This document shows, one piece after another, positions 38,116-46,457 of a DNA stretch of 64,000 nucleotides; within the stretch, counting starts at the first letter, position 1; every line of letters begins with the position of its first letter. The stretch lies in the NCBI GenBank assembly GCA_041738755.1, contig JBGSPE010000005.1:143872-207871 (forward strand). The letters are read 5' to 3'. The notes under the pieces were generated by a model, which saw only the letters and a program-made list of their open reading frames with translations, had not been told where the DNA came from and did not search any database. The position numbers and the translations under genes are program-made. This DNA is from Minisyncoccia bacterium (GTDB lineage Bacteria > Patescibacteriota > Minisyncoccia > Phycocordibacterales > UBA918).

Positions 38116-38928
38116 ATGCCAACAAAAGTTCTCTCTTCAGTAGCCCATAGGCCATACTTCAATGAAAAGAATTTCGTGCTTTATCATAATGATCTTTTTG
38201 AAGTCGTCACTCAACTAGCTGATGATTCTGTAGATATGATTTTTGCAGACCCGCCATATAACCTTTCAAATGACGGATTCTCCATTCATGCAGGGAAGAT
38301 GGTATCAGTAAATAAAGGTGACTGGGATAAAAGTAAAGGCTTTGAACAAGATTATAAATTTCATCAATTATGGCTTGAGGCTTGTCGGCGAGTATTAAAA
38401 CCAGGAGGAACTTTATGGGTGAGTGGCACCTACCATTCCATCTATCAATGCGGATATGCTATTCAAGCCTTGGGATACCATATTTTAAATGATATTACCT
38501 GGTATAAACCAAATGCAGCTCCAAACCTCAGTTGCCGTATGTTTACCGCCAGTCACGAGACCTTACTTTGGGTACGAAAAGAAAAGAAAGCTACTCATAC
38601 CTATAACTATGACGACATGCGTGAGAGTGAGTGGCACGGTGACTTTATGAAGGCTCCTAGCAAGCAGATGCGGTCTGTTTGGGCTATAAATACACCTAAA
38701 CCCTGGGAAAAGAAATTTGGTAAACATCCAACCCAAAAGCCTATAGACCTACTTGAAAGAATTATAAGAGCAAGTACTAATGAAGGAGATGTTGTACTTG
38801 ATCCATTTACCGGTAGTTCCACTACAGGTTTAGCAGCAGCAAAACACAATAGGAAATTTATCGGGATTGATAGAGAGCAAGAATATTTAGATTTGTCACA
38901 AAAACGATACCAAGATATGTTTGTGTAA
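38116..38928 (+). CDS. beta-class N6-adenine/N4-cytosine DNA methyltransferase (N6_N4_Mtase family)
   Basis: N-terminal motif IV DMIFADPPYN and C-terminal motif I LDPFTGSSTTGLAA. This order defines the beta class. Confidence 0.85.
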   Translation: MPTKVLSSVAHRPYFNEKNFVLYHNDLFEVVTQLADDSVDMIFADPPYNLSNDGFSIHAGKMVSVNKGDWDKSKGFEQDYKFHQLWLEACRRVLKPGGTLWVSGTYHSIYQCGYAIQALGYHILNDITWYKPNAAPNLSCRMFTASHETLLWVRKEKKATHTYNYDDMRESEWHGDFMKAPSKQMRSVWAINTPKPWEKKFGKHPTQKPIDLLERIIRASTNEGDVVLDPFTGSSTTGLAAAKHNRKFIGIDREQEYLDLSQKRYQDMFV

Positions 38929-39535
38929 TATGGAAATTATTTACATTCTCACCAATGAGGCTATGCCTGGTTATATCAAAATTGGTAAAACAACAGATCT
39001 TACAACAAGAGTGAAGGATCTGTCGCGCGCATCGGGAGTTCCGCTACCTTTTGAGATTTTCTATGCAGCAGAAGTTGAAGATATGGATTTCGTTGAGAGA
39101 CAAATCCACAAAGCGTTTACCAACACTCGTGTGGCGAAAAATCGTGAATTCTTTACTGAAACTCCTGAGCATGTTGTGGCTGTTATTAAACTTAGAGAAA
39201 TACGAGAAGTCACACCTAGAGAAGATATTGTTGAATTTAAGGAAGATAGAGAAGCTCTGGAAAAGGTTAAGAGATATAAGAAGCGTTTTGATTTTGAGAG
39301 ATACGATATTCCAGTAGGTTCTGTTTTAACTTTTACACGTGACTCGAACGTAACTTGCACTCTTGTAGAAGGTTCAAATGTAAATCTTAACGGAAATATT
39401 TATAGTCTTTCTAAAGCTGCACAACTTTCACTAAATGTAGACTGGCCGGCTCAAGGACCTTTGTATTGGACATTTGAAGGAGAAACTCTTGATGAAAGAA
39501 GGCACAGACTCGAGCGTGATGAGCAACCGGAATAG
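38921..39535 (+). CDS. T5orf172 (MUG113, GIY-YIG-like) domain protein
   Basis: IIYILTNEAMPGYIKIGKTTDLTTRVKDLSRASGVPLPFEIFY matches the T5orf172 domain. Overlaps the upstream MTase by 8 nt. Confidence 0.65.
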   Translation: MCNMEIIYILTNEAMPGYIKIGKTTDLTTRVKDLSRASGVPLPFEIFYAAEVEDMDFVERQIHKAFTNTRVAKNREFFTETPEHVVAVIKLREIREVTPREDIVEFKEDREALEKVKRYKKRFDFERYDIPVGSVLTFTRDSNVTCTLVEGSNVNLNGNIYSLSKAAQLSLNVDWPAQGPLYWTFEGETLDERRHRLERDEQPE

Positions 39536-39733
39536 AAATGGCTTAAAATTCAAATGATTTTGAAGTTTGTTAATATTGTCAGTTATACAATTTCCTCCAT
39601 TGTCTTACCGCTAACTCAAGTCAATTGCATATGGTATTGTGGTCTTTCTTTACAATAACCACTATAAATCGTATAAATTAATATTACTGAGGTATTTCTG
39701 CACCTACCTAACTTAACAATAACGTTATTATCT

Positions 39734-41365
39734 ATGAAGATAACCAATCAGAGTATTATCAAAGCATTTGCTGTAATTGTGTTGCTGCTAGGCATTACAA
39801 CTACCACTAACGCTCAAAGCGTTAGTCAGGTAGTGGAGTTAGCTCCAGGATGGAACGTCGTTTCAACCCCAATGGTCCTTCACTCGCATGATTTCTCAGC
39901 AGATGAAACCTCAACCAACTTTGATATTTATGTGCTCGATGCTTCAAAGCCAACTGGCTGGGCGACTATGGCAGATTTGGGACAGACAAAATTCACTCCA
40001 CTCTTTGGTTATTTCATTAATAATAAAACTGGAGAAGACCAAACACTGACTTTCAGTTTCAAGTCTGATGTTCCTCCGAATGAAAAACTCTTCGAACGAA
40101 CTTTTACTGCTGAAGGGTGGTACTCACTCGGTGTTGCCAATGCGGAATACGCAAAGACACAAAAAGCAGATCGAAGCGATACCGATAACCCAAGTAGTGT
40201 ACTAAGCCTTTTGACTGGTAATTATGACCTAGTAATTGATTTCACTGACGATAGCTATGAAAATGATAGAAACAGTGTTGCTTTAAGTGATCCTTGGAAA
40301 GCGGTGGTACCAAGTGACATCAATGAACTTAACGATCTCCGTGACACTAAGGGCTACGCAGTTTATATCAAGCAAGCAGGAGCCAGATACAACGGATTTC
40401 AGAATGACCCAGCTCCAGAAATTGAGTTTCCAGAAGAGTTATTATTTGGTTTAAGTTCAAATAATCCAGACAGCACCACAATAGTAGTTGATGAAGATAG
40501 TAATACAGATTCTACAATCCTTGAATATACAATTACTGCATCCAATGGTGACGTCTCACTTGATGAATTAGTCGTAAATATCCAAACTGAGACAGCAATT
40601 GAGAACGTGATTAGTTCCGTTAGAATTACTGTTGGTGGTAACCAATATTCATCAAGTGCTTCCGGTATCACCTCGACATCAGCTGACTTCACATTCGACA
40701 TTGATGGAGAAGTTATTGTACCTGAAGGAGAATCTCTTACTGTCGTTGTCTCAGTTCGTATTAAGGAGCAGTTAGGTAATTATGCCAATGGTGAAACTAT
40801 CCAAGCACAAGTAAGTTCAACACAAGTTGAGGCTACTGTAGCAAATGGTATTGATGGACTACTTGATGAAGCTAGGCTTAATGGTTCGGCAGTAGGTGAT
40901 ATTCACACACTCGCCGCCGCGGGATTACTTGTTCCGGTTGATGGTTTTGCTCAAAATACAGATACACGTGGTGATAATGATCAGATTGGTGAGTTCACAC
41001 TTGAATTCGAAATAACTGCATTGGAGGATGACTATTACATCACCGACAATTCGTTTGAAGCCACTACAACTGAAACTAATGGAATTGGCTTTACTCTACA
41101 ATCGCCAGGTTCAGCGAACATTACTTCAACTGTAAGTTCAACTGCAGATGAAGACACTAACGGGGTCTTCACCATACGCGAAGGAGAAACCGAGACTTTC
41201 ACTTTAACAGTTACAGTTGATCCAGATGTTACTGGGCAGCACAGAGTAGCTCTTACAGAAATTTGGTTTTCTAATGAATCAAATGGGACAATCGGAGCTA
41301 AAAAACATATACCGTTCCCAACTCAAGACTTCCGAACAAACTTCAATAACATCAACGCAAACTAG
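39734..41365 (+). CDS. hypothetical secreted/surface protein
   Basis: Signal peptide MKITNQSIIKAFAVIVLLLGITTTTNA|QS. 543 aa, Thr/Asp-rich, predicted beta-rich. Confidence 0.5.
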   Translation: MKITNQSIIKAFAVIVLLLGITTTTNAQSVSQVVELAPGWNVVSTPMVLHSHDFSADETSTNFDIYVLDASKPTGWATMADLGQTKFTPLFGYFINNKTGEDQTLTFSFKSDVPPNEKLFERTFTAEGWYSLGVANAEYAKTQKADRSDTDNPSSVLSLLTGNYDLVIDFTDDSYENDRNSVALSDPWKAVVPSDINELNDLRDTKGYAVYIKQAGARYNGFQNDPAPEIEFPEELLFGLSSNNPDSTTIVVDEDSNTDSTILEYTITASNGDVSLDELVVNIQTETAIENVISSVRITVGGNQYSSSASGITSTSADFTFDIDGEVIVPEGESLTVVVSVRIKEQLGNYANGETIQAQVSSTQVEATVANGIDGLLDEARLNGSAVGDIHTLAAAGLLVPVDGFAQNTDTRGDNDQIGEFTLEFEITALEDDYYITDNSFEATTTETNGIGFTLQSPGSANITSTVSSTADEDTNGVFTIREGETETFTLTVTVDPDVTGQHRVALTEIWFSNESNGTIGAKKHIPFPTQDFRTNFNNINAN

Positions 41366-41367
41366 AT

Positions 41368-41961
41368 ATGAAGAAAATAATTATCGCTTTAATTCTTCTA
41401 CTACCAGTTACTTCATTTGCCCAAGTACCTGCGTTTCCGATGGCTTTCTGGGGCACTGCTACAGTTGATGGTATTGCGGCTCCAGCTGGTGCAACTATTA
41501 GAGTATATGGGGGAACAAGTAAAATTGGTGAAGTTACTGTTATGTCTGGAGGAGTCTATGGCTACACTGAGCCAACAAAACAAAAACTTCTCGTTGAGGA
41601 AACAACAGGCTCACTCTCATTCACTATTCAAGCTCCTAGTATTAATGGTGGCATTGAGACACAGGGAGTAGTTCCGATTACACATGATTCATTTGAAGCA
41701 GGGGAGACGATGCAAAAGACACTTGATTTTGAGCTAACGACTCAAGTAACGAGTGGCAGATCTTCAAGTGGTGGAGGGGGTAGCGGAGGTGGCGGTCGCA
41801 GATCGAGTGCCTCGACACCAGCTATAACTCAGCCATTGGTGCTAGGGCAATCAACCACCACACCTGCGACAGAAGAGGAGCGACGTATTCAACTTCAAAA
41901 ACAGTTAATTACTTTACTTGTACAGCTCGTTGCTCTCTTGCAACAGCGAGCGAGCCTGTAG
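41368..41961 (+). CDS. hypothetical secreted protein with a Gly-rich linker and a C-terminal coiled coil
   Basis: Signal peptide MKKIIIALILLLPVTSFA|Q, an SSGGGGSGGGGRRSS stretch, and a C-terminal EEERRIQLQKQLITLLVQLVALLQQRASL. Only 2 nt separate it from the upstream gene. Confidence 0.45.
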   Translation: MKKIIIALILLLPVTSFAQVPAFPMAFWGTATVDGIAAPAGATIRVYGGTSKIGEVTVMSGGVYGYTEPTKQKLLVEETTGSLSFTIQAPSINGGIETQGVVPITHDSFEAGETMQKTLDFELTTQVTSGRSSSGGGGSGGGGRRSSASTPAITQPLVLGQSTTTPATEEERRIQLQKQLITLLVQLVALLQQRASL

Positions 41962-42007
41962 TTATAAAATAGTGGTGAACTACTAGAAGTTTGCTATACT
42001 GCCAGCC

Positions 42008-43108
42008 ATGTCATTATCTGTTGGAATTGTGGGGTTGCCGAACGTCGGGAAATCGACGCTGTTTACTGCGCTCACAAAAAATGAAGTGTTGATTGCTAAT
42101 TATCCGTTTGCAACGATTGATCCGTCGGTTGGCGTGGTTGAAGTACCTGACACCAGGCTACACACCTTGGCGAAACTTTCTGAGTCAAAGAAGACCATTC
42201 CGGCGATTATTGAATTCGTTGATATTGCTGGACTCGTAAAGGGTGCGTCTGCTGGTGAAGGACTTGGAAACAAGTTCTTGGCTAATATTCGCGAGACCGA
42301 CATGATTGCCGAAGTAGTGCGAATTTTTGAAGATGGTGATATTCACCATGTCTCGGGTGGAGTTGACCCACTCGGGGATATTGAGGTGATTAACCTCGAA
42401 CTCATTATGGCTGATGGTGAGACCGTGAGTAAGCGGATGATGACCCTCGAGCGCGATGTCCGAGCTGGTAATAAAGAAGCTATCGCGCTGAAGGCTGTCC
42501 TCGAGCGACTCCTGCCACACCTTGAGTCTGGTAAGCTCGCGAACTCACTTGAGGTGACGGACGATGAGCAGAAGCTCCTCAAGGGTCTTCACTTGCTTAC
42601 CATGAAGCAATTTCTTTATATTTGTAATAAGAAGCAAGATGCGTTTAATCTTGATGAACATAATGATGACCGGTGGCAAGAGCTCCTAGAATTCTTTGAA
42701 TCAACGAACTCTGAGTACGTGATTGTCGATGCCGGAATGGAGCATGATTTGAAAGATATGGAGGAAGATGAGAAGAATGAATTCAGGCGAGAGTATGGCG
42801 CCCAAAACAGTGGGGTAGAGGCCCTTATCAAGGCAGCTTATCGCCGATTGGGCCTCATGAGTTACTTCACGACTGGTGAAATGGAAACAAGAGCCTGGAC
42901 TATCCCGGTTGGGAGTACTGGACCACAAGCTGGAGGAGCGATTCACTCTGATTTTGAGTCAAAGTATATTCGCGCTCAAGTAGTGGCTTTTGAAGATTTG
43001 GTGACCTGTGGTTCTAAAGCGGCCGCTCGTGACCAAGGAAAGCTCCGCACTGAAGGAAAGGAATACATTGTGAAAGATGGTGACGTGATTGAGTTTTTAC
43101 ACTCGTAG
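42008..43108 (+). CDS. ychF: redox-regulated ATPase YchF (Obg-family GTPase)
   Basis: GIVGLPNVGKSTLFTALT G1 motif, DIAGLVKGAS G3 motif, and a C-terminal TGS domain. Length 366 aa. Confidence 0.9.
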   Translation: MSLSVGIVGLPNVGKSTLFTALTKNEVLIANYPFATIDPSVGVVEVPDTRLHTLAKLSESKKTIPAIIEFVDIAGLVKGASAGEGLGNKFLANIRETDMIAEVVRIFEDGDIHHVSGGVDPLGDIEVINLELIMADGETVSKRMMTLERDVRAGNKEAIALKAVLERLLPHLESGKLANSLEVTDDEQKLLKGLHLLTMKQFLYICNKKQDAFNLDEHNDDRWQELLEFFESTNSEYVIVDAGMEHDLKDMEEDEKNEFRREYGAQNSGVEALIKAAYRRLGLMSYFTTGEMETRAWTIPVGSTGPQAGGAIHSDFESKYIRAQVVAFEDLVTCGSKAAARDQGKLRTEGKEYIVKDGDVIEFLHS

Positions 43109-43127
43109 AATAAAAGAAGCGAGCAAG

Positions 43128-43172
43128 AAAAAGCCGCGGTCTCTCGTAGAGAGCCGCGGCTTTGATTTGTTT
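43128..43172. terminator. bidirectional terminator between convergent genes
   Basis: GCCGCGGTCTCT-CGTA-GAGAGCCGCGGC hairpin followed by TTTGATTTGTTT. Confidence 0.7.
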
Positions 43173-43188
43173 ACTTGACGGGTAGTTG

Positions 43189-43545
43189 TTACTCATCAAG
43201 CGGTAGCTCATATTGACCAGTATTGGCCTCGCGAATCAGTCGCTTGCGTGCGACCGGCTTGGTAAGCAGGTCAACGAGCGCATCGAGCACCGGACGGGGT
43301 TTGTCCCACCAAACACTAATTCTCGTCTTGACCATGCTGACCTGCTGCGTTGTCCACCGAGACAGCTTTTCCATATCATCGGGAATGATGATGTCGGCCG
43401 CGATGAAATATACAAACAACGCGACACCGGTTACAAAAGCGTGTCCAACCAGGTTCGCTACGAACGTGGACGAGGAATCACTGAAAAGGGCGTTGCAGAT
43501 CAGGTAGATCACAACGATACCCAGTAGCCTGTACCGAAGTTTCAT
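43189..43545 (-). CDS. hypothetical small membrane protein
   Basis: 118 aa with 2 TM helices. Confidence 0.4.
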   Translation of the reverse strand: MKLRYRLLGIVVIYLICNALFSDSSSTFVANLVGHAFVTGVALFVYFIAADIIIPDDMEKLSRWTTQQVSMVKTRISVWWDKPRPVLDALVDLLTKPVARKRLIREANTGQYELPLDE

Positions 43546-43732
43546 CGGATATCTCCTTGTTACTTATGAGTGAAAAGACCAAAAGGGCAGATATGTCTTG
43601 TGACCGTACCTGTTATAAGTATTTCTAGTCCCTGTGACGGGAAAGAGAAGGATTTCTTACAAACGCGCTAACCCTAGGCAAGACCTAGGGCTAAGGTTTG
43701 ATAATGAATGTCAAGCTAGCGCTATTTAGCCA

Positions 43733-43996
43733 CTATTGCGTGTTTGTGTCAACCCTTTGGACTGGACTGACTACACCGGGGATCCATTCGGCCTTGATTT
43801 CACCGTGTTGTTTCTCAAAGTCACCGATTTGATGAGCAAGGTACTGTTGGAGGCGCTTAGCATGCTGAGGGGTCAGCGAATAGATGCCGGCTTGAGTTCC
43901 TGAGCGCAAACCCATCACAAAATATTCTGGCGTAAAGGCCACACTAATACTCTCACAAAAAAGCTTCGGGGCTTGTTTCAATTCATCGTTTTTCAT
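43733..43996 (-). CDS. hypothetical protein (possibly DUF3467-like)
   Basis: 87 aa. The SISVAFTPEYFVMGL segment is reminiscent of DUF3467, but this is a tentative match. Confidence 0.35.
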   Translation of the reverse strand: MKNDELKQAPKLFCESISVAFTPEYFVMGLRSGTQAGIYSLTPQHAKRLQQYLAHQIGDFEKQHGEIKAEWIPGVVSPVQRVDTNTQ

Positions 43997-44018
43997 ATGT
44001 ACGCTATACTACTACACA

Positions 44019-44417
44019 ATGAATGACACTGATAGGAAAAAGAAGACCCCCGACTGGCGGTCACAAGCAACATTTGAAGCATATAACCAAAAAATCAGTG
44101 AAGGACACTTGAACGGTGGGTGCCGGCTGTGTGAGGCAGAGCCACTCGAAGAATTTGCGTATTGGTACCTCATCCCAAATAATTTTCCCTATGACCGGGT
44201 AGCCGATGTCCATCACATGATTGTCCCGAAGCGTCATACTGACGGGGAAGACTTATCGCCTGATGAGTTAGCAGAACTAGATATGTTAAAAAAGACGGTT
44301 CTCAATACGCGAGGCTACAATTACATTCTGCAATCACTCCCAAACCAAATGTCGATTCCGACCCACCTGCACTACCATTTGTTACAAGCAAAGACGTTTG
44401 CTGACATTGACGCATAG
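44019..44417 (+). CDS. HIT-family (histidine triad) nucleotide hydrolase
   Basis: Histidine triad HLHYHLL (HxHxHxx) at the C-terminus and a CRLCEAE Cys pair. Confidence 0.7.
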   Translation: MNDTDRKKKTPDWRSQATFEAYNQKISEGHLNGGCRLCEAEPLEEFAYWYLIPNNFPYDRVADVHHMIVPKRHTDGEDLSPDELAELDMLKKTVLNTRGYNYILQSLPNQMSIPTHLHYHLLQAKTFADIDA

Positions 44418-44476
44418 GAGATTTCTAGTATAACTACCGCAGATTTTGATCATCAATTTACCGAAAGGAATTATGT

Positions 44477-45334
44477 GTGGTGTTGGAATCATCAGTGGTG
44501 TTTTTGAACACTTGGAAGCATGCCTGTGCTAAGGAACTTACCAAGTTTCTCTCATTACAACGAGACAAAACCGTGATATGCCTCACGGAAGTCACTGCCG
44601 TGGCGGAGAGTGAGATTGCTCGTCTCGGCTCTAATCTTGCATACAATACACACTCGGAGACTCTAGCATCACAGGTCGATGGCTTGAAACAGCTCGAGAT
44701 GATGAGTACAACTTATTCGATTATCTATGCGGCTGATCATGTTGGAGACATGACCTGCACCATGACTGGTCGAAGGTTTAAGAATGTAAGTCTCGGTAGT
44801 GCCTTGCTCGTAAGACGAAATGTGGTTGTGATTGATCAGGGTGAACTATTGATTGATTTCAAATTGTCGGGTGTGAGCAATCGGGTGGTTCAGTGGGTGG
44901 CCTATCAAAAAGGTAGCCTACGCTACTTGGTTGCACATTTCCATGGTGTCTGGATAAAAGGTAACACCAAAGGTGACCATGGTATTCGTATTGATCAATC
45001 AAAACAAGTGCGGAAATATCTCCAACAACTCAAGCAAACCTATCGCATTGATAAAGTTGTGCTTGGTGGGGATTTTAATCTCGATATCACGACGCAATCG
45101 TTACAGCTCCTCTGCCAGGGCGAGGGTGACGACGAAGATACCTACATCAACCTGATTAGGAAATTTGGTATTACCAGTACTCGAACTACCCATTACCGGG
45201 ATTACCATGATGCTGGAGCCCGTCTCTACGCTGACTATGTTCTCACGAGTAAAAATGTACGGGTACGAGAGTTTGCGGTGCGAACTGATCTGCTGGTTTC
45301 AGACCACGCGCCCTTGATTCTTACCTTCACCTGA
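44477..45334 (+). CDS. endonuclease/exonuclease/phosphatase (EEP) family protein
   Basis: N-terminal CLTEV (QEV-like) motif, then VVLGGDFNLD and SDHAPLILTF catalytic motifs. Confidence 0.65.
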   Translation: MVLESSVVFLNTWKHACAKELTKFLSLQRDKTVICLTEVTAVAESEIARLGSNLAYNTHSETLASQVDGLKQLEMMSTTYSIIYAADHVGDMTCTMTGRRFKNVSLGSALLVRRNVVVIDQGELLIDFKLSGVSNRVVQWVAYQKGSLRYLVAHFHGVWIKGNTKGDHGIRIDQSKQVRKYLQQLKQTYRIDKVVLGGDFNLDITTQSLQLLCQGEGDDEDTYINLIRKFGITSTRTTHYRDYHDAGARLYADYVLTSKNVRVREFAVRTDLLVSDHAPLILTFT

Positions 45335-45344
45335 ATAATCGTTC

Positions 45345-45379
45345 AAAGGCCGGACGCGATAGCGTCCGGCCTTTTTTTG
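45345..45379 (+). terminator. rho-independent terminator
   Basis: GGCCGGACGC-GATA-GCGTCCGGCC followed by T7. Confidence 0.8.
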
Positions 45380-45446
45380 TAACATTTGATGATAGTGAAC
45401 TGTTATAATAGGAAAGTACTAAATTTACTAATTAGCACGTATCACT

Positions 45447-46361
45447 ATGTCACAACCCAATACTGCCAAACACTTTGTACTACAGCTTGGCTCACTCATT
45501 ACCTTATTTATTACCCTGGGATTTTTTCTTACCCTCCTTTTCAGCATTATCACACTCCAGTTTCCTGATGCCGCTGACGGCATTTGGGAGATAGAGGGCG
45601 CGGAGAGTATGCTCCGCACTAGCTTTGCGATGGTTATCGTATTTTTCCCCACCTATCTAGGACTAACGCGAGCAATCAATAAACTGCGACGAAAAGAGAA
45701 GCACGCAACGTACACCGGAGTAACAAAGTGGCTGATTTACTTGGCGCTCCTTGCGGCCGGATTGGTATTGCTCGGTGACTTAGTGGCTGTCATCATGAGT
45801 TACCTTGAGGGTGATATCACGCTTCGGTTTGTCCTTAAAGCTTTGGCCGTCTTACTCGTGGTTGGTTCTGCCTTCTCCTACTACTTGCTTGATGCAATGG
45901 GGTATTGGCTCAAACACGAGAAACTATCTATCTGGTACGGCATTAAAATAACGGTGCTCATCGTACTGGGCTTGGGGTATGCTCTGACGTTCATCGACTC
46001 ACCAAGCGAAGTCCGTGCAGCACGGATTGATCAAAACCAAATCTACGACCTACAGAATATTCAGTGGAGTATACAAAACTATATCGCTACCAATAGTCAA
46101 GTTCCAGAAAACCTGGAAGCGATAGCGGAGAGTACAACACTTCCGGTAGCGCCGAGTGAACGAACACCATATCGGTATGAAAAAACTGACTCAGGTTTCG
46201 CACTCTGTGCAACCTTCAGCAAAGATTCTTTACCGGTAGATAATTCATTTGCCATACCTCTAGATAAGGAGGCTATTATCCGCAATCCAGATAATTGGAG
46301 TTACACAGCAGGTGAGTCTTGTTTTGAACGAACGGTGAATCTTACAACTGATACTGAGTAA
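45447..46361 (+). CDS. hypothetical membrane protein (N-terminal 4-5 TM helices, soluble C-terminal domain)
   Basis: 304 aa. A terminator hairpin GGCCCGCGAAGCGGGCC+TTTT lies at 46381-46407. Confidence 0.4.
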   Translation: MSQPNTAKHFVLQLGSLITLFITLGFFLTLLFSIITLQFPDAADGIWEIEGAESMLRTSFAMVIVFFPTYLGLTRAINKLRRKEKHATYTGVTKWLIYLALLAAGLVLLGDLVAVIMSYLEGDITLRFVLKALAVLLVVGSAFSYYLLDAMGYWLKHEKLSIWYGIKITVLIVLGLGYALTFIDSPSEVRAARIDQNQIYDLQNIQWSIQNYIATNSQVPENLEAIAESTTLPVAPSERTPYRYEKTDSGFALCATFSKDSLPVDNSFAIPLDKEAIIRNPDNWSYTAGESCFERTVNLTTDTE

Positions 46362-46457
46362 GTAATTACAAGCAGAAATGAAAGGCCCGCGAAGCGGGCC
46401 TTTTGTGTACATTACTGCAAAGATGATGCATAATAAGAACTTCAAAGGAAATATTCT

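Noticed and set aside
43672-43690. Perfect 7-bp stem palindrome CCCTAGG-CAAGA-CCTAGGG between two minus-strand genes
   Set aside because: No adjacent T-run on either strand, so it is not a convincing terminator. It may be a protein-binding site (it contains an AvrII/BlnI-like CCTAGG sequence twice), but there is no further support.
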